Assembly (NCBI GenBank): GCA_963733035.1
Contig: CAVTBU010000006.1
Location: 160,001-224,000, forward strand
Source of the DNA: Pirellulales bacterium
Lineage (GTDB): Bacteria > Planctomycetota > Planctomycetia > Pirellulales > PALSA-1355
Direction: 5' to 3'
DNA length: 64,000 nt
Program-made: the position numbers and the translations under genes
The notes under the pieces: model-generated
What the model saw: only the letters and a program-made list of their open reading frames with translations
The model's database searches: none
What the model was told of the DNA's origin: nothing
Shown: positions 55,257-64,000 of the stretch, in pieces
Layout of the letters: the number at the start of each line of letters is the position of its first letter
How positions within the stretch are numbered: position 1 is the first letter of the stretch

Positions 55257-56015
55257 ATGCTGAACAAAGTTGTATGCATCGTCGGAGGTGTGTTGGCAAT
55301 CGGCTGTTGGGGCTCCTCGGCCTCGGCCCAACAGGCCGTGATGGATGAGTTTTATGGCACCGGCGTCCACAATTTCTACGACCGTGACTTTTTTCAGGCG
55401 ATGCAGAATCTGTCGGTTGCCATCGACGGCGGCTCGCAGGACCCCAGGGCCTACTACTATCGCGGCCTGGCGCGGATGCGGTCAGGGGATGTGCAAGGTG
55501 CCCATGCCGACCTGCAAAAGGGATCGGCCCTGGAAACGGCCGACGTCGACCAATTTTACCCGGTGGCCAAATCGCTCGAACGGATCCAAGGTTCGGAGCG
55601 CAGCACGTTGGAACGCTATCGGGCGCTCGCGCGAGCGCAAGCACGTCAGCGCCAATTGCGCCGCGACGCGGTGCGTTATGAAGAACGTCGCCGCCATGAG
55701 GCACAGGTCTTGCGTTCGGTACCGGTAGGACCACCGCCTGCCGCGCTTGGTGTCGCTCCGGCCACCGCCGTTGAAGCTCCGGCACCGGCAGACGCGGCGC
55801 CGGCCGCGGCTCCCGCCGCCGCTGCGACGCCGATGCCCCCAGCGGCTGGCTCGCCGTTTGACGCCCCGGCCGGCGCACCTGCCGAAGCGCCCACCGACGA
55901 CCCGTTCGCACCTGCGGCGGATGCTCCGGCCGCGGCTGACGACCCGTTTGGCGCGACGATGCCCGCCGACGATCCGGCAGCCGCGGAGGATCCGTTCACC
56001 GACGATCCGAACTAG
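55257..56015 (+). CDS. Secreted TPR protein with Pro/Ala-rich tail and DDPF repeats
   Basis: Signal peptide; DPRAYYYRGLA TPR; tail with SPFD/DDPF/EDPF motifs. Confidence 0.85.
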   Translation: MLNKVVCIVGGVLAIGCWGSSASAQQAVMDEFYGTGVHNFYDRDFFQAMQNLSVAIDGGSQDPRAYYYRGLARMRSGDVQGAHADLQKGSALETADVDQFYPVAKSLERIQGSERSTLERYRALARAQARQRQLRRDAVRYEERRRHEAQVLRSVPVGPPPAALGVAPATAVEAPAPADAAPAAAPAAAATPMPPAAGSPFDAPAGAPAEAPTDDPFAPAADAPAAADDPFGATMPADDPAAAEDPFTDDPN

Positions 56016-56211
56016 CCCAGGACAAGATTGCCGCGACAACCAACCAAACCAAGATTCACGCCTCGAGGCTTTTCCCGACGAGTCGATACGCTGGCGAACG
56101 GGGAAAGCCACCGGCCGCATTGGCAGCCTTAGTGAACAGGTGGCCGGCGCGGTTGCCCGCCGCCTACGGTTTAGCCTGAACCATCGAGTAACCTCCTGGA
56201 GACGTCACACC

Positions 56212-59092
56212 ATGCTCCGGCACCTGGTGCGTTTCGGTCGTCCCGCGCTAGTTGCGGCGGCCTTCTGGATGATGGCCGCGATTGCCTGGTCGGCACCGCG
56301 CATTGATCGACTTTCGCTGCGGGGCCTGCAAGCCGGTGGGATCACGACCCTGGTGATTGAAGGGGCTGACTTGCTTCCCGAGCCGAAGTTGCATCTCACG
56401 GCTCCGGGCGTCAGCTACCAACTGAAGGATGGCGCCACGCCGCAGCGGCTGGAGGCCGAGTTTACCGTCGACGGCGGTTGCCCGGCCGGAATCTATCTGT
56501 TGCGCGCGGCGTCGGCCAGCGGCATTTCCGAGGCTGCCGCTTTGGGAATTGACAATTTGCCGCAGCTCCCGTTCGCACCGCAGGTGAGCGTGCCGAGCAT
56601 TGCGCTATCGGGCGCTCTGTCCGGAAACCAGGTCTTGTCGACGACGGTCGAGGGAAAGAAGGATCAAAGGCTCTTGGTCGAGGTCGAAGCCCGGCGGCTG
56701 GGATCGAAGCTCGATCCGGTGATTCACGTGTACGACAATCGCCACACGCAGTTGATCTGGAGCGGAGGCCTACCGGCCATTGGCGACGATGCCCGTTGCG
56801 AGGTGACGTTGCCGTCCGATGGCCAGTACACCATTGAGCTGCACGACGCGCTATTTCGCGGCGCCAGCCCCGGCTTCTTTCGTCTGAAGATTGGCGACTT
56901 TCGCTATGCCGATTTGGTGTATCCACTGGCCGTGCAGCAGGGCGTGGCAGCCAAGTTCGAATTCCTCGAGACCAACTTGCCCGCCGACGCGCGAGCCGAC
57001 GCCACGTTGACCCTGGGTGACGGAGTGCCATCGGACGTTCTTCCCGCACCTTGGCCAGCCGAAACTCCTTTGCTGTCCGGAACGCGACCGGCGGTCATCG
57101 TGAGCGATCACGCGGAGATCGTTGAGGCTGCTCCGGCCGACAAAATACAGGAAATTGTAGTGGCGCCCGTGGCGATCAACGGCCGGATTGGCGTTAAGGG
57201 AGAACAAGACCGCTATCGGCTGGCCGTGACGCCGGGACAACAACTGCGATTTGACGTCCTGGCGCGTCGCGCGGGCTCAGCGCTAGATGGCGTGCTCTCG
57301 ATCCAGAAGGAAGACGGAGCCGAACTAGCCACGAACGACGATCGACCCGGCACGAGCGATCCGGGACTCGACTTCAAAGTTCCGGACGGCGTTAGCGCCG
57401 TTGTGGTGGCGCTGCGCGATTTGTATGGCAACGGAGGTGCCGAACACGTGTATCGCATCGCCATCGACGTGGCCGGTTCGCCGGACTTTACCCTGTCCAT
57501 TGCCAGCGATCGCGCTTTGGTGCCGAAAGACGGCTCGGCGCTCGTTCGCGTGCTCGTCAAACGCGCCGGCTATCCGGGACCGATCGATCTCAAGTTTCCC
57601 AATCTTCCGCCGAGCGTTTCGATTACGGGCAATCAGATTCCCGCTCGGGCCAGCGAAGCACTAGTGACGCTGAGTGCGCCAGGACTCGCTCCGGTTCAGT
57701 CCGTGACGTCCGTGGTGGGAGCGAACGCGGGCGAGAAGGTATCCATCCATCGGCGCGGAGGTGCCCGGGGGCGAGGTTGCCAAGGACCAACCGTGGCTTG
57801 GCGACTCATTGGCGGTCGCCGTGACGGTGCCCAGCCCGATCCAGCTCACCTGGGATCTGTTGGCCAGCGACGCCAAACTGATGCAGGGCTCGAAGCTCGC
57901 GAACAAGGTGCGCCTGCAACGTGCCGAGGGAGTGAAGGGGGCGGTGCGGCTCTCGCTGCTCACGACGCAAAAAATGCCGCGCAAGAAGATTAAGGAGAAC
58001 AATCAGGAGCGCGAGGTCGACGACGTGGAGCGAGCCTTGCGATTTGACGGGGCACCGACGATTGCCGCCGATCAAGCGGAGGCGGCACCCGCGATCACCG
58101 TGCCCGGTGATTTGCCGCGCATCGACTATGACCTGGCCATTCAGGCCGAACTACTGGGAGAAGATAACAAGACCGTATTGGCGACGGTTGTCACTCCGGC
58201 CCGACGCTTGACGACGATTCCGCCGGTCACGGTGGAACTGGCAAGTAAGGCTCTCGAGGCCCGCGCCGGCGCCGGCCCCACGGGCCGCGTCACCGGCAAG
58301 ATCGTGCGGGAGCCTGGTTTTGCGCTGCCGGTTAATGTTACGCTTGCCGGCCTGCCGGAGGGGCTGACGGCTCCGACCGTCACCTTGGCGGCGGATCAAT
58401 CGGAGTTTGATTTCCCCGTTAACTTTCCCTATGGAACCGCGGCGGGTGAACTCAAGAACGTGAAGATGTCGGCCATCTGTCTCAACGATCCGGCGGATCC
58501 GAAGACGGTCGTCTTCACCGCGGCGTTGGATCTGCCGGTGACGGTCGTGCCCGGCAGCAAACCACCCGAGCAGCCGATGGTAATCTTTGAGGATCAACCG
58601 GAGTTCGTGGCCAACCTTAATCAGGGAGGCGGCCAGGCCTCGCTTGATAGCGAGCAGAAGTACTCCGGCACGGCCAGCGTAAAGGTGACACCCGACCAGC
58701 GATTCAATCCGGCGCTGCCCGGCTTGGGCATCAAGATCCGAGAGAATCCCGGGGCGGGCGAATATCGCTATTTGCGTTTCGCGTGGCGGAAGCAGGGAGG
58801 ACAGGCAATTTGTTTGCAACTCAATCACGATGGCCAGTGGGGGCCGACTGACGGCAAATCTGCCAGCTTCCGCTACCACGCCGGACCAGCCGGACCGTGC
58901 TTCGGCGCTTCGCTGGCGATCGATGCCGCGGTGCCCGAAGAGTTCGACGTGGTGACACGCGATCTGTTCGCCGATTTTGGCGAATTCACGCTGACCGGGA
59001 TCGCACTATCCCCGGTCGACGGCGATTTCGGCCTGTTCGACCATATATACCTGGGCAGCAGCGTCGACGATTTCAAGCTGGTGAAGCCGTAG
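56212..59092 (+). CDS. Secreted planctomycete PPC (pre-peptidase C-terminal) repeat protein (frameshift at ~57758)
   Basis: Signal peptide; EVEARRLGSKLDP, INGRI...DRYRL, ARRAGSALD...NDD..DP; RR(A)EVPGG joins the two frames. Confidence 0.88.
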
Positions 59093-59103
59093 ACGGCGCG
59101 CAT

Positions 59104-59820
59104 CTAGCCGTCGCCGTCGGCCACGAAACGATAGCCGGTGCCTCGGACGCTGAGAAAGTGGCGGGGATTGGCGGGGTCTTCCTCAAAGTATTTCCGCAGG
59201 TTGACGATGAAGTTGTCGACCGTGCGCGTGGTCGGCATGTGCGACAAGCCCCATACGTGTTCGAGTAGCTCCGCGCGGGTGACGACCGAGCCTTCGTTCT
59301 CGACGAAGTACCGCAGCAGTTTCATTTCCGTGTGCGTAAGCCGAACGGGTTCGTCGCCTACCATAACTTGGAAGGTGTCGAAATTGACTTGGGCGCGGCC
59401 GAAATTGTAAACCGGGTCGATCTCCCTGGGCTTGGCTGCCGGCAGCGATGCTGGACGCCGGGCAAGCAGATTCCGGGTCATGCTCAGCAGCTCTTCCAGC
59501 TCGAACGGCTTTTGCAGGTATTGGTCGGCACCCACGTCATAGCCTCGCACGCGATCCTCGACCAACGTTCGTGCACTGAGTATGAGCACCGGCACGTTGT
59601 TTCCCTTTTGCCGAACGGCCTCGCAGACGGCATAACCACTCATGCCCGGCAGCATCAGGTCGAGAATTACCAGGTCGGCAGGGTGATCGCCGTTTTCGAG
59701 CAGCTTAAGGGCCGAGGGACCGTCGCCGGCTGTGGTGACTTCATATCCCTCGGCTTCCAGGTTGTATTTAATGCCGAAGGCCAAGTGCTCTTCGTCTTCG
59801 ACGACGAGGATGTGTTTCAT
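59104..59820 (-). CDS. OmpR/PhoB-family response regulator
   Basis: VVEDE, LDLMLPG, KPF, winged helix TRTVDNFIVNLRK...VRGTGYRF. Confidence 0.95.
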   Translation of the reverse strand: MKHILVVEDEEHLAFGIKYNLEAEGYEVTTAGDGPSALKLLENGDHPADLVILDLMLPGMSGYAVCEAVRQKGNNVPVLILSARTLVEDRVRGYDVGADQYLQKPFELEELLSMTRNLLARRPASLPAAKPREIDPVYNFGRAQVNFDTFQVMVGDEPVRLTHTEMKLLRYFVENEGSVVTRAELLEHVWGLSHMPTTRTVDNFIVNLRKYFEEDPANPRHFLSVRGTGYRFVADGDG

Positions 59821-59858
59821 CGTTAGGCATCTGGCGAGGGGAACAAAACGCGGCGCGA

Positions 59859-60842
59859 TCACGTGGCGCCGGCATCTATTCTATCGCTTGCCGCCGCTTG
59901 CGAAACGTCGGCTGCGGACGTCAAGGACGACGGCGGTTTGCTACCGGCCGGTCGCCGGGCCGGCAATTCCACCTCGAAGATTGTGCCGCTGCCCTGCGGC
60001 CGCTCGCGTACGGTGATCTTGCCGTGCAGTCGCTTGACCAGCGTGCGGACGATGAACAGTCCCAAGCCGGTTCCCATTTGAGAGCGTTCAAGCTCACTGC
60101 CGAGCCGGACGAAACGGCCGAAGATCTTCCGCCGCAATTTCGCGGGAATGCCACGGCCGTTGTCGGCGATGCGGGTCACGATTCTGTCATCGGCGGCGAA
60201 TTGCGAATCGATTTGTACTTCCGGCGAGGCACCACCGTATTTGACCGCGTTGTCGACCAGGTTGCGAAACAAGATTTCCAGATCGATCGGTCTGGCTCGC
60301 ACGATGGCCTCACTGGCGGCTAGCCGCACGGTTTCGAGCGGCAGGTGATAGCGCAGGCAGACTGTCTCGGCGCAACTGGCCAGCACGGCGGACAGGTCGA
60401 CGTCGATCAGGTCCGTTTCGACTGGTTGCTGGTCGAGTCGCGCGGCGTCGAGCATGTGATTAATGAGCGTGTCGAGTCGTTGCACGTCCTCGAGCATGAA
60501 CCGATAGAAATCTCCCCGCTGCTCGTCGGTGACGGTTCGTCGCGACAACGTCTGAAGGTAGAGCTTGAGTGAGGCGATCGGACTTTTCAGTTCGTGGCTC
60601 ACGCTATCGATGAAGTTGCTCTGGCGCTGCGAGAGACGGATCCCCTTGATCGAGATGAACAGGTACAGCACGACCCCCACCAACACGAGCCCCAGGAAGC
60701 TTGGTCCCAGCACCGCCACCGTCCAAAACAGGCCGGTGTTTTCGATTTCGACCGAGAGAATGACCCAACCCACGATAAGCGCGACGACTAGCGCGCTCAT
60801 GACGATTGCTAGCGTGATGGGCCATCCGTAAGAAGGTCGCAT
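59859..60842 (-). CDS. Intramembrane-sensing-type histidine kinase
   Basis: Two TMs with a very short loop; SHELKSP, NLVDNAVKY, DNGRGI, GTGLGL. Confidence 0.92.
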   Translation of the reverse strand: MRPSYGWPITLAIVMSALVVALIVGWVILSVEIENTGLFWTVAVLGPSFLGLVLVGVVLYLFISIKGIRLSQRQSNFIDSVSHELKSPIASLKLYLQTLSRRTVTDEQRGDFYRFMLEDVQRLDTLINHMLDAARLDQQPVETDLIDVDLSAVLASCAETVCLRYHLPLETVRLAASEAIVRARPIDLEILFRNLVDNAVKYGGASPEVQIDSQFAADDRIVTRIADNGRGIPAKLRRKIFGRFVRLGSELERSQMGTGLGLFIVRTLVKRLHGKITVRERPQGSGTIFEVELPARRPAGSKPPSSLTSAADVSQAAASDRIDAGAT

Positions 60843-60961
60843 GCGAGTGCTCGTGCCTATTTGCAAGCAGGGGAATCGGGGATATGCCACGCACGGGCGA
60901 CAACATTGGGCAGCGTTGCCTGCGCACCAATGTACCACAATCGCCGACAGGTTTTTGCCAC

Positions 60962-60978
60962 TTGGCATGCCGGCTGCA
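60962..60978 (+). promoter_or_regulatory. Putative sigma54 (-24/-12) promoter
   Basis: TTGGCATG-CCGG-CTGCA, with GG and GC separated by exactly 10 nt. Confidence 0.5.
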
Positions 60979-61089
60979 CTAGGGCAGATGCCGCCCATAC
61001 CGGGGCGGGCGAATTCTTTTGTCTGCTAGCAAATCGATTCGCCGCCGCACGCAAGACTTACGCGTGTAGCCGGTGGGCCTGACCGGGGC

Positions 61090-61438
61090 CGCGGCAGGAA
61101 ACTGCGATTGTAAGATTTGGAACCTCGGGACAAGATGTTGCACAGCCTTGGCCATGGAACGGCCGGGCCCTGACGTTGTGTCCCGCCGTCGCGTCGCTTC
61201 TAGCGGCATTGGCAGGAGGCCGAATGCCGATCGCGAACGCGACCCCATCGCCGCGCTGTTCAACACGGAGGTTGCTCAAGCGATCCTTTTTCAGGCGCTC
61301 GTCGATTCTACGCGCCTGTTGCCCGCCATCGCCGGGTTGGACGCTCCGGGCTGCCGCTGCGCTGATCGCATCGGGCGACACAGAGTACGACTCGCCGACA
61401 GGGATGTTGGCACGATTGAATTTTCCATGGAGGGAAAA
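61090..61438 (+). promoter_or_regulatory. Leader or sRNA with six A(N)GGA-loop hairpins (CsrA/RsmA-type binding sites)
   Basis: Loops CAGGAAA, ATGGAAC, AGGAG, ACGGAG, AGGGAT and ATGGAG, each closed by a stem; the last overlaps the RBS. Confidence 0.6.
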
Positions 61439-62867
61439 ATGGTCTCGGTGCAGATAGCGGCCCTGGTCGCGGCTTTATCGGCCTCGGGTGATACCGTACT
61501 CTTGGATTTTCATGCGGCTTGGTGCGGACCCTGCCAGGCGATGAAAGGAACGATCGACGGACTGGAGCGTGCGGGTTACCCGGTGCGCCGCGTGAACGTC
61601 GATCAAGAGCGCCACCTGGCCCAGCAATACAATGTCCACAACATTCCCTGCTTCGTGCTGTTGGTTGACGGCCAAGAAGCCGGGCGCGTGACCGGCGCAG
61701 TCAGCCAGGCGGAACTCGCCTCGATGTTTGCCCGTGCGGGAGTCGGCCGCAGCGCACAAGTCCAGCCGACGGTTCGCGCTCAATCGCCGGACGCACCACT
61801 TGCTAGGTTTTCACTACCAGGACGCCCCGCCCGCGTGGCGGCACGCGATGCGCGGCTAAATCCGAAACCCCAGCCGATCCCGCCGCGAGGCATTGAAACC
61901 AGCGGCCGGGCGGATGCCGTTTCGCCGCAGGATCTGGTTGAGTCGAGCGTCAGGCTCACCATCAGCGATCCGACCGGCGCGTCCTACGGATCCGGGACCT
62001 TGATCGATGCCCGAGCCGGCGAAGCCTTGGTGCTCACGTGTGGCCATATTTTTCGCGACTCACAAGGGAAAGGACAAGTCACCATCGACCTGCTCGGTCC
62101 GGCGCTCCGCAGAAGCTACCGGGTAGAGTAGTCAGCTACGATCTGAAGACCGATGTTGGCCTGGTAAGTTTCAAGCCGGGCGTGCCGGTGCGCGTGGCGC
62201 CGCTTGCGCCCGGGGCTACACGGCCGCCAAGGGAGACCGCGTGGTCACGGTGGGCTGCAACAACGGTGGTCCGGCCACGGCTGAACAAACGACGGTAACG
62301 GCGATTAACAAGTTTCTCGGCCCGCCAAACCTGCAAGTGGCCGGCCTGCCGGTGCAGGGGCGAAGCGGCGGCGGTCTATTTACGTCCGATGGGCGCGTGA
62401 TCGGCGTGTGCAACGCGGCTGATCCGACCGACAACGAAGGGCTCTACGCGGCGTTGGCGGTCATTCAACAGGAGCTCGATGAAGTGGGCCTCACGGCCAT
62501 CTATCAACAGCCCGCGCCTGCGGCACAGCCGGCCGCGAGTCCAGCGGCGATTGCACCCCAGGTTGCCGTGGCCGCGCTAAATCAATTGCCGGGGCCGGTG
62601 CCGCAGCAAGTTGCCGAACAGGCGCTAGAGGGCCTGGAACCGGCGGCTCTGGCCGAACTGCGCAAAGCCGGCTCGGGCGCCGAAGTGATTTGCATCGTTC
62701 GCCCACTTTCCGACCCACGGGCGAAGAGCGAGGTGATCATGCTCGATCGCGCGTCGCCTGCCTTCTTGCAGCAGTTGGCGGTTGATCGGGAAGCACAACA
62801 ATCACGACATCTCACGTCGCTCAACGTGCCCGCCCAGGCTCGCGAGAGCAAGCAAACGCGTCGTTAG
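61439..62867 (+). CDS. Thioredoxin plus trypsin-like peptidase fusion (frameshifts at ~62100 and ~62210)
   Basis: DFHAAWCGPC; protease motifs LTCGH, TDVGL, QGRSGGG over three frames. Confidence 0.85.
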
Positions 62868-63004
62868 GATTCGCACGGTTCGAGGCAAACTGGAAACATT
62901 ATGGCCACTTCGGCCCCCTGGGGTTGAAGTGGCCTCTATTTTTGGCGACATTTCGGCTGGTATCAAGTATGTTCACCGCGGCGCGCGAGGAGTCGGACCA
63001 CACG

Positions 63005-63623
63005 ATGAAGCTGTATTGCGTGCGCCACGGCGAGACCACCTACAACCTGGACCATCGCATCCAGGGACAATTCGACAGCGAGCTCTCTGAATTGGGGCGC
63101 CGGCAGTGCCAAGCCGTGGCCGAGAGGCTGGGAAGCATGCCCTGCGATTCCGTGATTTCCAGTCCGCTCCGCCGCGCGCGAAAGCGCCCGATACATTGCC
63201 GACAAGCTCGGCATGGAGGTCAAGCTGGAACCGCGACTGATGGAGATCAACGCCGGCATTTTTCAGGGACACAACTGGGCCGAACTCGAAGAGAAGTATC
63301 CCGAGGAGACCGCGCGGTGGCGGAGCCACGACGCTGACTATCGGATTCCCGGCGGAGAGTCACGCCGCGACCTGATGCAGCGGAGCGGTGCAGCCTTTCG
63401 CGCCATTCGCGAGTTGGGTTATGCCAGCGTGATCGTGGTGGCGCACGGCGGGTCGCTGGGCGCGGCTTTCAAAAGCCTGCTTGGAGTGCCACCGGCGCGC
63501 AGCCCGTTTGAACTTGGCAACGGCTCGATCAGCACGGTGCACTGGGAAGCGGAGTTCAAATTGCTGACGCTAAACGAGACGACGCATTTGCATGGGTTGG
63601 ATTCCGGTGGGGGCGATTTGTAG
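63005..63623 (+). CDS. Histidine phosphatase (phosphoglycerate mutase) family protein (frameshift at ~63180)
   Basis: VRHGET, SSPLRRA, L.EI..G, PGGES, VAHGG. Confidence 0.92.
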
Positions 63624-63659
63624 CGAGCACTAGGTTCTGCGCGAAGTGGCCCGCCATTC

Positions 63660-63692
63660 CGCGCCTCTCTCCCGAAGTCGGAGAGAGGTGCG
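63660..63692. terminator. Hairpin between convergent genes
   Basis: GCGCCTCTCTC...GAGAGAGGTGC inverted repeat. Confidence 0.5.
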
Positions 63693-63727
63693 ACGTGGAA
63701 TAAAAACAAATCAGTCACACATGGCAA

Positions 63728-64000
63728 TCAAGACTTGCCCTGCGAATCCAGCCAGGTTTGGTCGAGTTCGAAAATGGCCTCGATCTCGGTGGTGATGTTC
63801 CCCGGGAGCGAGCCCATGCCGACGGCGCTGCGCGCTCCGACGCCGGCATCGTCGCCCCACACATCGCGGAACAGTTCGCTGCAGCCGTTGATCACGCGCG
63901 GGTGATCGGTGAAATCCGGGGCCGCGTTGACCATACCAAGTACCTTGACCACTTTCGTCACGTGATCGAGACTGCCGAGATACTCGCGCAGGGTCGAGAG
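63728..64000 (-). CDS. RidA/YjgF family protein (partial, runs off the window)
   Basis: KVLGMVNAAPDFTDHPRVINGCSEL...GARSAVG..SLP.NITTEIEAIF. Confidence 0.88.
   Translation of the reverse strand, partial: LSTLREYLGSLDHVTKVVKVLGMVNAAPDFTDHPRVINGCSELFRDVWGDDAGVGARSAVGMGSLPGNITTEIEAIFELDQTWLDSQGKS

Overview
GC-rich chromosomal window that looks like a planctomycete, probably Pirellulales-like. The lineage markers are DUF1549/DUF1553 and PSCyt1-WD40 cytochrome c proteins, a PPC-repeat protein, a 'LEPLEERRVLS' extracellular protein and a PEP-CTERM tail. It holds about 50 mostly housekeeping or envelope genes (ugd, cutA, phhB, gltBD with a LysR regulator, cyclophilin, rsmD, glgC, asnB, hpt, glycosyltransferases, a ThDP decarboxylase, a YgiQ-type radical SAM enzyme, RNA methyltransferases, two two-component systems). 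I found no rRNA, tRNA, CRISPR array or transposase. Five observations stand out. (1) An ECF sigma factor is coupled to a zinc-type anti-sigma factor whose extracytoplasmic tail has two CxxCH heme motifs, a candidate heme/redox-sensing sigma switch among redox genes. (2) Several 5' leaders carry hairpins with A(N)GGA in the loop, six of them behind a sigma54-like promoter at about 61 kb, suggesting a planctomycete CsrA/Rsm regulon. (3) A structured ncRNA candidate of about 320 nt, bounded by a promoter and a terminator, lies next to glgC. (4) An orphan PEP-CTERM tail follows the DUF1553 gene. (5) Fourteen frameshifts in 12 otherwise intact genes all sit at or beside GCGC, which points to long-read errors at a methylated motif rather than pseudogenes. 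All calls come from motif recognition by eye, with no database searches.
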